Positions 10,668-23,033 of a stretch of DNA of 35,311 nucleotides are shown here, piece by piece. The stretch is from Gonapodya sp. JEL0774 (Eukaryota), in the NCBI GenBank assembly GCA_027604505.1, contig JADIIX010000086.1:62001-97311 (forward strand), read 5' to 3'. The notes beneath the pieces were generated by a model that saw nothing but the letters and a program-made list of their open reading frames with translations, was not told the origin of the DNA and did not search any database. Positions within the stretch are counted from its first letter, which is position 1. The number at the start of each line of letters is the position of its first letter. A program made the position numbers and the translations under genes.

Positions 10668-13061
10668 ATGACGTCCGCTTTCCCCCCTGACACGGCTGCA
10701 GCGGCACCCGGACACACGGTCCAGTCAGACTCGCTCTCTCCACCTGCCAATCACGCTCTTCCCACCCATCAACCCGCTCACGCCATCGATGACGTCACTT
10801 CTGCGTCAGAGGATCTCTCTTCTCTGCTGATGACTCAGCATCTCGCTCCCTCGCCCAAACTGTCTCCCCCGTCACCTCCGCCGACTCCCCCTCCCTCGCA
10901 GCTCAGAAACTCCGCATCGCATCCCTTCTCAAACGCCTCAGCATCGCTCTCCCATCCCTCCCCGCCGCCTCTGCCACCCGCACTCGCCCTGCTCCCCTCG
11001 CGACTCCTCGCTCTCTTCCTCCGCCTCCTTGCCGCACTCTGCTGCCTCCTGCTGCCTCCTTCCCACTCAATTCCATCCCGCCTGCTCAGTTACTCCGCAT
11101 CCCTCTCCGACTCAGACTCCTCCCATCCCTCGGCCCAACCCTCAACCTCCACCAGTTCCACCCCCTCTCCTGCCCAACGCACCCCCTCACGCCGCTCTCC
11201 CTCTTCTTCTTCCTCTTCTTCCTCTTCCCGCCGCTCAGCCCGTCTCCGCTCCAAATCATCTCGCTCACCAACCCCATTGCCACCCTCCGTCGGCGCAGAC
11301 GTCCCCACCTCCGCCCTCGTTAAACTCGCCTCGTCATCCCTCTCCTCCTCCTCCTCCTCTACTCAATCCCTCTCAAAACCCCCCCCGCGCCCTCCCTCCC
11401 CCACTACGCCCACCTGGTTCGGGTTGGCCCACTTCCTTCCCCCCCACTGGCTCTCCCCTTCCCCCACCCCTCCACCCGCCCCGCCAACCCCGCCACTCCC
11501 GCTCAAAACACTCGTCCTGGACCTTGACGAGACACTCATCCACTCCACGTCCAGGGGAACCAGGGAGTCGGACCACGTGGTCGAGGTCACAGTGGACAAG
11601 CACGTGTGCTTGTATTACGTCTACAAGAGGCCACGTGAGTTTGGTGCTGTGCGATGGACGTGGGCGGGTGGGGGGGGGGGGGGGGGTTCGGGGTATTGNN
11701 NNNNNNNNTCTCTGGGTCCCTGTTTTGGTGTGTGGTGGGTTTTGTGTGGGGGGTGGGGGGGGGGGTGGGGGGGGTTCGTGGTATTGGGTTTTGCGTGGTT
11801 TGGGCTCAGGTCGTTGTATGGGTTTCGGATGGGGTTTGGTGGGTTATATTGTAGTTCGGGCGAGGTTAGACGTCATTGGTTTTTGTTGATGGTCCTAGGT
11901 CGGTGTTGGTCATTGGTGGTTGTTGCGGGTTGTCAGCCATGGTGGTGTCTCCGTTGGAGCCACGTTGGGCGCGACGCGAGACCTTGTCGATCACCCACCA
12001 ACTCACCGTCTCAAACGCCCTACCCCAGACGTCGACCTCTTCCTCCGCACCGTCTCCCCCTGGTTCCGCATCGTCATCTTTACCGCGTCCATGGCCGAGT
12101 ACGCCGACCCCGTGATCGATTACCTCGACCCAACGGGAACGTGTGTGGAGAAGAGGTTCTTTCGGGAGGTGGGTTGGAGGAGACGGGTTGGGGGGGGGAT
12201 TGGAGAAGGGAGGTTCTGATTGGGTGGTGTGAGGTGTGAGCCCGGCCGCCAAATGTGTGGCCGTGCGGGACAAGGGGACTCCAGGGTCGGTCAGTGTGCC
12301 TATTTGGCGTGCGCCGGAGTCGGGTTCCTCCGTGGGGGATACTCTTGGTCGCTGGCCCGCCGCAGTCTCTCGAATCACGTCAAGGGTGTGCGCAGCTCTG
12401 GTCCCACGCGGTGAGGGTGCGGTGTGCTCGTGCGGTGGTGCTGCGAACCTCGCGCTCCTCGGTTCCTCGATTCCTGGCGCCACCGTTTCGCTCACCCACC
12501 TCTTTCCCCCTCTCCTTTCCCATACCCCCCCAGTCCTGCATCCACCACAATGGCACTTACATGAAAGACCTCTCCATCGTGGAACCCGACCTCAGCCAGG
12601 TTTTCCTGGTGGACAACTCGCCGATTAGTTACGCGGTGAATCAGGGTGGGTAGACCGCCGAAGACGGGTTGGAGGGGGGCAGGGGGGGGTTGTGGTAAGG
12701 GAAGGGAGGCGCACGGGGATGGAGCGGCGAGATAGGTGGAGGGGATAGTGGTGGCCGGGCCGGGGGGGATAGAACTGCGACTCGGGTGGCCTTGTGCTCT
12801 GGAGGATCGGACGACGATGACGAGTCGTAGCCTCAGCCGTCATCGACCCTTCCACGTTGCACTCGGATTGGCGTGACTTGGGGAGTTTCCTCTATTCCCA
12901 CACTCACGCACGTCCCCACCTCCCCACCTCCAGACAACGGCGTCCCCATCGACGGCTGGGTCTCGGACCCCAAAGACGAGGCCCTGCTTGACCTGATACC
13001 TTTTCTCGACGCGCTCAGGTTCGTCAAGGACGTGAGGAGCGTGTTGAGTTTGAGGGTGTGA
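10668..13061 (+). CDS. NEM1: Nem1/Dullard (CTDNEP1)-type NIF/FCP1 HAD phosphatase; exons 10668-11634, 12029-12168, 12534-12645, 12934-13061
   Basis: Motifs [55 protein letters not shown] and [17 protein letters not shown]. The N-terminus is Ser/Pro-rich with a hydrophobic segment. GT-AG introns join in phase. Confidence 0.9.
11699..11708. other. Assembly gap (N run) inside G-rich NEM1 intron 1
   Basis: Ten n characters flanked by poly-G tracts. Confidence 0.99.
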
Positions 13062-13789
13062 TGGGGGAGACCTCGGGTGGGGTAGGTGTGGGCAGCCGGG
13101 CGCGCCGGGGTGTGGTGGATGGAATCGGGATGTACCCGCGCTGGGGCGGTGGCGGGTGTTCGCTCGTTCCGTTGTGTGTACGATCTAGTACGTGTGATGT
13201 CCCCATCACGGTGGTGTGCCGATAGAGTGTGGTGGCCGTAGAGGTTGACGTGGTCGTGGTTCGTGGATCGTGGATCGTGGATATGTGGTTCGTCTCGATG
13301 TTACGTATTGTATCACCCGTTTCCGTTTTGGGCGGTAGAACCATGCATGTAATGGTACCATATTTCGAATGCCATACCAAGGGAAGACGCACTCTTGGTC
13401 GCACACCCGCGCTTCCCATGAGGATTGACCTTCTACCCGTGTGTGAGATGCGCGTCCTGGTGCTCAGTCCGTGCTCGGTGTCCGGTTCGATGGATTCTGG
13501 TGTGTTATGTGACAAGGTATGTACAGTACTATTTTGCAACGTGAAAAGACATTTAGTAAGTAATTAAAAATGTATACGGTGGTGGGAACGGTGAATGAAG
13601 GGCTTGATGTTGATACGAGTGTCATGGGGGTATGGGATGGTTGGGTGGGGGGAAGATCGCCCACAATCCCACCGTCGGAGATGTCTACAAATATGACACG
13701 AGCCGGCCATACGGTGTGGCACATATACAGGCGCGGGAGGCCGGGATATGCCTCCCCGCAACCTCCACCTCCCGCGGGCAGTACCGCGT

Positions 13790-15873
13790 TCACCAGAGCA
13801 CTCCCACAACCACTGAAACCAGGACTCCCGCCACGGCGCTTCTCAGGACCGGGGAGCCCACCACCACCCGCCAACTCCGACATCCCCGTTCCCGCTCCCA
13901 CCCCAACCCGGCAGCCCGCCCTACCGCCCCCGATGTCTTCGTCTGCGAAGGCCCTGTCGCGCTCGGCGGGTCCACCCACACGGTCCCGTTCAGGGGAGCG
14001 AACGGGAGGGGTTCGACGGGTATGGGATCCGTGAGAGCAAAACCCTGCGTCAAGGCCCCCTGTGGTACACGCGGTGCGGTCCATCCATCTGGAGCGGTGC
14101 GCACCGAGACGGTTTTGGAAGCGTAGGCGGTAGGAGGGGAGGGTGTGGAGCCCGAGGGGAGGCATGGTGTGCCGGAGCCATAGGCGGACTGGCATGTGGA
14201 AGCGGTTAGCGCGTTGGTTGGGTCCCAGAAAAGCACGTCGGGGGTTATGGTGATGTTGACGCATGGGTTGGGGTTGGAGCACTGCAGGTAGACTGGGGCG
14301 CGGACGTTGGCGTCGTTGGAGAGGCCGACCCAGTTGGTGAAGACGAGGTTGGACAGTTGCACGCCAGAAAGGTCTCGGGCGAGGTTGGCGCCCGAGTTTT
14401 GCCAGTACTGAGTGATTTGAAGGGCGTAGTAGTTGGTCTTGCCCGTGAAGTTTTCAAACCGGCACTAGTGGAAGCAGATGCGTTGCGCGCAGGGTCACAA
14501 GAGATGTACGCGGAGCTTTGCAGGTTGAATGGAAACCTTGTCGACTGTATTCGAGAGCGTCACGGACTCACGTTGCGCACGTAACCGTCGCCATTGGGGT
14601 ACGTCTTGATCATGAGGAACTGTGTGCTATAGTACGAGACAACGTTCCGCATAATAATATTCTCCACAGCTGTAGATCTGTTGAAGGAACCCTGGATCGG
14701 ATTGTTTATGGGGATGAAATCGCAGAGAATGCGGTCTCCGAACAGCCCCACGGCGAATAAGGAGGCTTCCACAACCAAACATACCATGGACATTCCACCG
14801 GACCAGTTGCAGAAAATGTCTTCGATCAATAGATTGGAGGACGGGCTCTGTAGGAAGCGAAGAATCGGATGCTCTGATCACCAAAAGTGTTTCGAATAGA
14901 CACAACCCAGAAAACTCTCGAACCTTCACGCACACGCACTCGTCCCTGTTCGTGACTTCAATATTTCTGACGTGACAGTTGTTGCTGTATGCGGGGAGAT
15001 ATGAGTCGCGGCGAACGCGAAATGAGTGGATTGGAGTACATAGTCACCAAATCACATCAAGGCCATCCAAGCCTCCTTGATCATGTCCCCGAATAAGTAT
15101 GTTGTATATATCTCCGTTAATCACTTGATCTGCGCAAGTGTTTTAGATGGTACGGACATCTCGTTGATTTCAATCGCAAAAGCGAGCGGGGGAGCAACGG
15201 TCTCACCAAGAACGATGTGAAAGGCAGGGGAATCAAAGAATGCAATGTCGTGAAGCGAGAAATTTGTAATTTGAACCAGCCGTAGAATTCGTGGTCCGTA
15301 GATGCCCTTTCCTTGTGAGTGGTAATAGACGCCATTACCTTGGAACGCACCCATGCGGTTCCCGGAGAACATTTCAAAATCGCTTCCACCCTGAATGATG
15401 AGCATATTACCGCCTCCAGTTCCTTGGCGACTGATAACGCCATCAAGTTGAAACGCCCACTTGTAACCGTTGTTCAACGAGACCCAAGTGCTCATGACGT
15501 AGTTGCCTGCGGGTACGTAGAGCGTGGCGCCGGGGCTTTTGAGAACACAGTTGCTGAAGGCCGACCATATTGCAGATCCAATGTCCTTTTGACATTAAGA
15601 GAGCAGGTCTGTGCGGTGTTCAACCCCAGGCGTATGATTTGACGCATCAATTCTCTCACAGTGACGTTATCAGCCTTCGCACCATAATCAGCTACGTTGC
15701 AAATTCTTGTCTTTTGGCTGATGGATGTCGTGGGTCCGACCTGAAACCGCAGGAATGTTGAGGTTGCGATGACGGGATACCCAGTTCGCGTTTCTCACTG
15801 GTCCTGTGAGCTGGGCATATACAAGGAACACGTTGCAGTAAACGACGACTATAAAAGCAAGCTGCCATCGCAT
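13790..15873 (-). CDS. rhgA: Secreted GH28 rhamnogalacturonase (RhgA-like), 8 exons, with a hydrophobic C-terminal tail
   Basis: Signal peptide followed by QLTGPVGPTTS, CNVADYGAKADN, QLDGVISRQG, YGPRILRL, DSPAFH, RGHDQGGLDGLDV, EVTNRDECVCVKSP, CNWSGGMSMGS and CQSAYGSG. The motif order matches Aspergillus RhgA as recalled. Exons include 15873-15799, 15740-15660, 15585-15207, 15129-15048 and 14464-13790. Confidence 0.92.
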
Positions 15874-16119
15874 CGTGGCTGGATTTCCGCAAGCTGGGCG
15901 CGTTAACTATTTAGTGTGTATGTACCCTTCAGTTCCAGCGCCCCTCAGGATCACTGGCGCGCTTGAATCAGTAATAAGGGTTCGTTTAATTGCTCAGTTT
16001 CCACTCGGTTTTGCTCGGTTTCTGCCGTGTTTTTCTTGTACCATGTTTAGTTGGTCAGTTTCGAGCTGAGCAGAAACCAAGTTTGTGTTTGATTGCTTGG
16101 TTTGTGCCTGACACCAAGA

Positions 16120-17500
16120 CAGACCACCAAATGGGAAGAAACTGAGTTTTTCAGATTGACCACCAGAGCACAATTTCTTCACGCCAAGTTCAATCACTAT
16201 ATCATTACCATAGTGATTTGGTGCCATCAACACATCATACCACGCACCAATCGCTTGCCTAACTGTCCAATGGCATCAGCATTCTCTCGTGCAGTCAAAG
16301 CACCTCCTCAATGTCCTCCAGGAAGTTCAAGGGTGGGAAAACGCTCCCAAGAACCCGTTCAATCAACATAAATGGGATCATGTGATCCCAAAGATGAAAT
16401 CAAAGTACCTGGTCCTGAAGGAACACCCCCAATTGTCGTTCATGAACCTCGAGGCCCTGATCAAGAAGAAATACAAAACTGCCACCTACACTCCGGAGAA
16501 GAGTGGATTTGGATGGATAAGCACAGACTGCAGCAGAAGGGGTTTGGGATCGTTTGAAGATTGAGGTGGGTGAGAAATGAGACTTGTGAGTGTCTGTATG
16601 CAAAAGTTTCAATCCATGGACATTCTGCTACATGCACCATTCAAATCACCAGAACAAGAAGAAGTGGGACAGCTACCATCCCCTCTTAACACCCTAGCCA
16701 TTGTATCCCAAGGCAGCGGCAGTCTACTCTGGTCAGGTAGCAAGTGGTCAGTATGTCACATGTGGTGGGGATGTCGAACCCAGTGAACGTACTGATGATT
16801 CTGACTGCAATGACACAGATCTAGAAAATAATGAAGGTGAGATAGGGGCTTGATGATGATCTGGAAAGATTTGTCAGTCACTCATTCTCAGGTTTCAGCA
16901 GATTCTCATGTGGATCTTGAATCAACTCCACCTGTTGTCCCTATGCATCTGGGTACTCCTGCTTCTGACCCAGAACAGCTTCCTGTGCCAATTCCAAAGT
17001 GCGGTTGTCGCAAATCAGATGCCACAAGCAAAGCCAGCAACACCACAAACCCTGGGAATTCATCACAGCGAAAACACTAGGTCCCCAAGGCACTCACCAG
17101 CTACAAGGATCTTGTGTCTTCCGTGGAAAGCGCATCCCAATCCTTTGCCACATTTGCTGAAGAACGCACAGAGCAGAAGCAAGCCCGAATACCCACCCCA
17201 TTCAAGCAGGCTCTGGAACTTGTCAGAGGAGGACAGATGGGATCCAGCAAACCTTGCCTACCTGTCTGTGCTTTTTGAGAACAACAGGGTGGCAATGGCA
17301 CATACCACATTCAAGAATAAGGACACCTGTATCCGTATGGTTGGGGAGTGTGCAAAGGCTGCCAGACAACTTGGCAGCAATAACTACCAGGAACAGCAGT
17401 CTTTTCAGGGCCCTCCTGCTCCCCCTATTCCTTGACAAGGTACTTCTCAGTATGGAGATGTGGGTAATGGTGAAGACGCTAGTTGGGATTGCCATGACCA
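16120..17500 (+). pseudogene. Harbinger ORF1 (Myb/SANT-like DNA-binding protein), disrupted
   Basis: Fragments such as FNQHKWDHVIPKM...LIKKKYK...KSGFGW resemble the Myb/SANT-like domain of Harbinger ORF1, followed by an acidic low-complexity region. Multiple stops and frameshifts; boundaries approximate. Confidence 0.65.
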
Positions 17501-17878
17501 CTTGAATGAGTAGGTTTTAACGGAGCAGTCTGCTTCAGTGCTGAATTGTGATGGACTTTTTTGGGGGAGATGAAGTCTCATCAGAGCACAAAGGAGCTAT
17601 TAATCTAAAATTTTTAGGAGAGCAGGTTTTCGTAGTTGTGTGGTTGTGTGTGGAAAATGCAGGGACTAGAATCTAGATCGATTATGTTTTGGACCAAGCC
17701 GACAAAAGTCAGGCAAGCTATCGTGGAAAATAAATTTATCAGCAGTTCTCCAACAGTACATGTTCTAAAAAGGACTTGCGCTGGCAACAGTGTGCACATG
17801 TGCGGGGCCTAGATACATACTCTGCCCACATCTGTTCAGTGATCTGGTCCCACTTTCTGGCCATGTCATCCCCCACCA

Positions 17879-19017
17879 CTAAATAATCTCCATTTGGGTC
17901 ATCCTCTTGTCCATGACCATCTTCCTCTTCCTCCGCACCATCATATTCCTGTTCAATCCCGTCCTCCTATTTGCTGGCATCGATATTGAAGTTGCAGAGA
18001 ACGCTGCACACCACCACAATCTTGACCTGTGTTGCAATATTGTACTTGGTCCCGAGACAGAGAACAGGGAATCGCTTCTTGAGGACACCAATGTACGCTC
18101 AACAATGTTCCAAAGAGAAGAATGGTGACGGTTGAGTAGTTGCCTGGCATTTTGTGGCCTGAAGGTAAAGAGCAAAAGTCAGGAATTACACACATTTGAG
18201 CTGACTGTAAGTGAGGACTTACGCAAGGTCACCGTATCCCCATTCCTTCAGGTGATATCAGACACCGCAATATGGGGGCTTAACAATCAGTCTGCAGCAA
18301 ATCCAGCATCACCCAAATAGAATTTATCTGCCGTGCAGTGAAATCCATGTGCTCTTGCATTTTGGCAGATGATCCCATCTGTCAAGCACGTACAGAAAAC
18401 GTCTGTCAAAGTCCACAACACCCAGCACATTCTGTGTTAGTCAACTCTTCCTTGAATGCCATGGACCTGCTGCTGCCTCTGGTACACTAATTGGTATGTG
18501 AGCTCCGTCCAGTGCCCCTAGACAACCTGCAAACTCCCCGTATATCCCCCCATCTCCCTCCCTAATGCTGGGGGTGATCTTGTACAGCCTGCTTCGGAAG
18601 GGAGATCACCTCAGGAGTAAGAGCGTAAAGGCGTTGAAGAACCTCGTGAATGCATTTGCTGGTTGTTCCAGTAGAATGTTCAAACCAGGAGGCCTGCTTG
18701 CAAGACACCGAGCACTGACCAATCCTATGGAGGAACATTGCAACCTGTTCCTCCACATACAAAGAGTGTCTGCTTTTGAGACCCCAAAGCAACTGCATGG
18801 CTTCTGGAGGCAATCCACAAGCTTGCAAAACGCTCAAGGGGTCATCTGAGGGTTTTCCACTGCAAGATGGGGATTCCCATTCAAGATTCAATCTGTTCAT
18901 ACACCCCCAGCGTGTTCTGACGCTGGCGTTTTCCCCTCTGAGCTTGTTGGGGTAGAATGGCGATGGCAACCGAGAGGATGACAAGGAAGGATGCATACGC
19001 AGGGAGGATGTCATCAT
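17879..19017 (-). pseudogene. Harbinger DDE transposase (DDE_Tnp_4/HARBI1-like), disrupted
   Basis: Motifs VEEQVAMFL, FAGCLGALDGAHIPI, TQNVLGVVDFD, YLGDAGF and PQNARQLLNRHHSSLWNIVER, separated by stops and frameshifts. Confidence 0.9.
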
Positions 19018-19716
19018 CCTCAGTCATTGTTGCTGATGTAGTTGGGGTGATTTATGGTCACTGATGATGAAGAGAAGTTTTGTATTGAAGTTATTACAAA
19101 ACCAAGTCATTCTACTTCATGCACCAACCAAAAACCAAGTTTGGCATGCTCAGTTTTTGCAAGGGGCAAAACTGAGCTCAGTCTGTACCGCTGGGTTTCT
19201 CCCAGACTGAGCGGCTGGCACACCGTGGTACTAAACGCACCCTAAATGTTACATGCAACCCCTTCTTTCTCCTCAATCTGTCCAAATAGTTGTGGCTTGT
19301 GTGGGTCTTCTGTGCCTTTGGCACAGGATTTGGAATGGACGAAGTACAACCAGTGTATGTAACTGTATTGGATATGTCTTCAGTGTCCCCCATTCTCCAA
19401 GAATCATTGGAGCTCAACTCCCTGCGGTGCAGTCTGCATTGGTTTTGGTAAGGTTAGAATGAACAAGATGTATTCAGTATGTGAGTCGTGATATTATATA
19501 AAGAATCCAAGAGGCAACCTTCTGTTCTTGCACCTGGAGATAGTCTCCACAGTCTGTTATTACACTGCTGGTGGGGGGAAGCGGATCTGTAGTACAGCAC
19601 ATTTGTGTTTGCATATGCCAGACACATCTCAATGAACATATGGTGCAATCTTTGTGAAATTCTCTTTTGCTTGCCTCTCAGCACAAGAATAAATCAAGTG
19701 AGCTGAACGGAGTATT

Positions 19717-21290
19717 TCAGCATACAACTATGTTCAACGGAGCAAAGAAAAAGTTTTCAACAGAAATTCCTGACGTGAGATCAAATCCTTGCGACAAGGC
19801 TCCCTTGGGCACAGCTGGTTGCACCCAGCCCAATGGGACAGACTTCAACGAAACAAGCTTGGTCGGAAAAGCAGCCCCCTTGCCACTGCTTGAAATGGTT
19901 GCCAGACATGGTGCACCAGCTTCATACAATGAAGTGCACTGGAATGCACTGAAGTTGTGAGTTGGGTCCCAAAATTTGGACTCAACATCAATCTGAGTGC
20001 CCAGATTCAGGTTTGAGCAGTTCAACCAGACTTGCGCCCTAAAATTTGTATTGCTTGATACTCCAGACCAGTTAGCAAACTTGAGGTTGGAAAGCTGTAC
20101 ACTGGAAAGATCCTTTGCTAGACCCACTGCAGAGTTCAACCAGTACTGGGTGATTTGAAGAGCATACGCCTTGGTGAACCCACTAAATCCATCACCATTC
20201 CAATAGGATTTGATCATCAAAAACTGTGTGCTGTAGTAGCACATGATATTTCTCATGTGAATGTTCTCAATGGCAGTTGATATGTTGAAAGAGCCCTTCA
20301 GTGGGGTTGTGCTTGCAGCTTGTCCAACAACAGATCATGAATAAGTAACAAAACACCCACCATTGACATTCCACCTGACTGGTTGCAGAAAACATCTCCA
20401 ATCAAAAGATTTGAAGATGGACTCTGCAAATCTCAGACGTTAACTCTGTATCCCCACAACTCCCCAACAGAAGCTTCCCATGTTGAACCAACCTTCACAC
20501 ACACACATTCATCTCTATTAGTCACTTCAATGCTTTGAATGTGGCAATTATTACTGCCACAAAACGGTGGAAAATTGATTCTCAACAGTTCCATGTGGAC
20601 TCGGTTGGTGTTTTTTTCAGCTCACCAATTAACATCTAGACCATCCAGATCTCCCCCATCATGTCCGCAAATAAGAATGTTGTATACGTAACCATTGCTG
20701 ACACGGTCTCAGTATGAATTGTGCAAGGCAACCATAATCTGATTCAAGGAGGTCATTGTCCACAAAGCAAATTAGAACTCACCCAAAACAACATGGAAGG
20801 CCAGCAAGTCAAAAAATCCAATATCGTGGAGTGAGAAATTTGTGACTTGGACCAGCTGCAATATCTGCGGGCCATAGATTCCCTTCCCCTGAGCATGGAA
20901 CTCGACTCTGTTCCCTTGAAAAGCACACATGCGATTCTTGGAGTACAGTTCAAAATCACTGCCGCCCTGAATAATAACCATATGACCACCCGGCAGCTCC
21001 CACATGGGTAATGACTCTGTCGAGTTGAAATCCCCACATTTTTCCGTTTTTCAATGTCACCCACGTGCTCATTACATAGTTGCCTGCAGTAATATAGAAT
21101 GGAGCTGGGAGTTTTGAGAACACAGTAACTGAAAGCTGACAAGATGGCTGGGCCGACATCCTTAGGTACATAGTCTGCTAAGATTTCCAATACTTGACCT
21201 ATTTCATCACAGCCACCACTCACGGTCATGCCATCAAGCTTGCGCCAAAGTTGAGAACATTGCAGATGGATGTTGTCGGCCCAACCTTCC
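19717..21290 (-). pseudogene. Tandem GH28 rhamnogalacturonase paralog, pseudogenised
   Basis: Collinear with the 13790-15873 gene (VGPTTSI, AGNYVMSTWV, QGGSDFE, GKGIYGP, EVTNRDECVCVK, YALQITQYW, FAPLN). It has frameshifts at ~21000-21250, a deletion spanning the last intron and no C-terminal tail. The 5' end is uncertain. Confidence 0.85.
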
Positions 21291-23033
21291 AGAATGATAA
21301 AAATTGTTAGCATCATGCAGGATCGGTCCAAATCGGACAGTTGTCATTGATGGTGAGGTTCTTTATTGGGAAAACAAACCGTATGAAATCACCTCCCACA
21401 TAAAAGGTCCTGACAGTGATATTTTTGTAAGTTCGTAATTGTCTGTCCCAATGCATCTGGTTACAGCCCGCAATCAGATGATGGAGTCTGTTATGTACAT
21501 ATATGTACATTTGTTCACGCTGCTGCTATGTGCGGGCCCATGCTAGCACCTGGCTGCCACATGTAAATTATTGGCATTGTGGTTTGGCACAGCACCATTA
21601 CAATGCACTAGGGTCCCAGTCTGCGCAGCACAATTACCACAGGTGTTGTTGTGCCACCTTGCAACAGAAAGGGACCCATCTACCACTAAAAATATCTATC
21701 TTAAGGAGATTCCGAATGCAGAAACAGACACTTGCATATGTGACCTACTCCACAAACTCAACCATCAGGCACAAAAGAAGAAAACACCACTCCAAGAATG
21801 AAAGAAAAATGGAAAAATCAAAATCGTGCAGTATGGCACTGAAGGATTTAATCCAAGTTTGAAGAACAGGAGAATGCATATCCAAAAAATGGCATTCAGT
21901 TCCAATCAGCATAACACAGACAAGGGCAGCAGAGCTCAAATTTCCGGTGAACAACTTAATGCAACCAGGAAACTTTGTGGGGAAGATTTGGGACATGAAC
22001 AGATCATGTAGGTACTTATGAACCCTGGAATACTCTCTGTGGTATAGAAGAAAGGGAGGAGAGGAGCATAATCATCTTCATCAACTCAGTCCAAGGCAGG
22101 CCTCAACAGACTGAATAAGAACAACAATCAAGTTATGCTCTCACCTGGATGAGTGGACACTTGGTATGCTGGAGGGAGCAGTGATGGTGCTGTTGTAGCT
22201 AGAGCAGCTGCAGTCATTGGAAACTTGTCTGTCCCTGTATCATCAAGCTTGAGCTCAGACTTGTTGTGGAGCTGAATGTCCATCATCTCTATGTTGGCCA
22301 TCTTTGCAGACGCGTCGGGCCCTGCCAAGTGCCACAGAATGGGAACAAGCTGATGGTAGGCAACTTGATGCACCAAGACAAGGCAAGTGATAGATGGAGA
22401 GCGGCAAGATGGGTGTATAATCAGTAATTCGAATGAATGGCCTTTGTGTCCATGTCACAGTGAAAACCACATTGAGCATCAGCAGCCCCTCCAACAATGT
22501 AATATATTGTGGTGCCAGTGTGTGCCATATCACTTGTTTTGTTAGAACAACAAGATTGGATAGATAGTGAAGTGGAAGTGGAAACAACCTGGTCTGTTGT
22601 ATTATTATGATTTATGACAATGCTTTAGGCTCGCTACTCTTCGCACGAAACAGTGCGTTGTGAGACGACGGCTAAAGGCAGCAGTTTAGCCAGAGTCACA
22701 CAACCCCACAAGCACAACAGCTGTCATCCCCTTTCACCCCCACGTGTCACCCCTGGTCATGGCACCCGTTCCTTGGATAGATGTGATATCTATTAGTGTA
22801 TAGATGCATATGGAGTAGTTTTTAGATTTTCCTAGTGATCTTAGTTGTGCCGGCGGCTCAGCTGTAACTGCTCAGTGACACATTGTACGAGAGTTCAGAC
22901 ATACACAACTGAGTTTCGGGACAGAAACCCAACGGTTCTGCCGCGAACCACAACAAGTGACGCTTTTCTCTTCGCACGATAGAATGACTTGCTCTTTGCA
23001 CGTAAGAGTGACTCAATCTTTTCGCTCTTCACA

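Larger units (their letters stand above)
15978..19242. mobile_element. PIF/Harbinger DNA transposon, full-length but decayed
   Basis: Left end TAA|GGGTTCGTTTA and right end TAAACGCACCC|TAA give imperfect TIRs with a TAA target-site duplication. It contains convergent Myb/SANT-like and DDE transposase remnants. Confidence 0.9.

Noticed and set aside
10668..12239. 523-aa ORF as a single-exon protein with a Gly/Trp-rich tail
   Set aside because: It reads through NEM1 intron 1 and an N gap; splicing restores the conserved phosphatase.
13024..14282. Several overlapping ORFs of 110-270 aa
   Set aside because: GC-rich alternative-frame or antisense shadows of the rhamnogalacturonase last exon and the UTRs.
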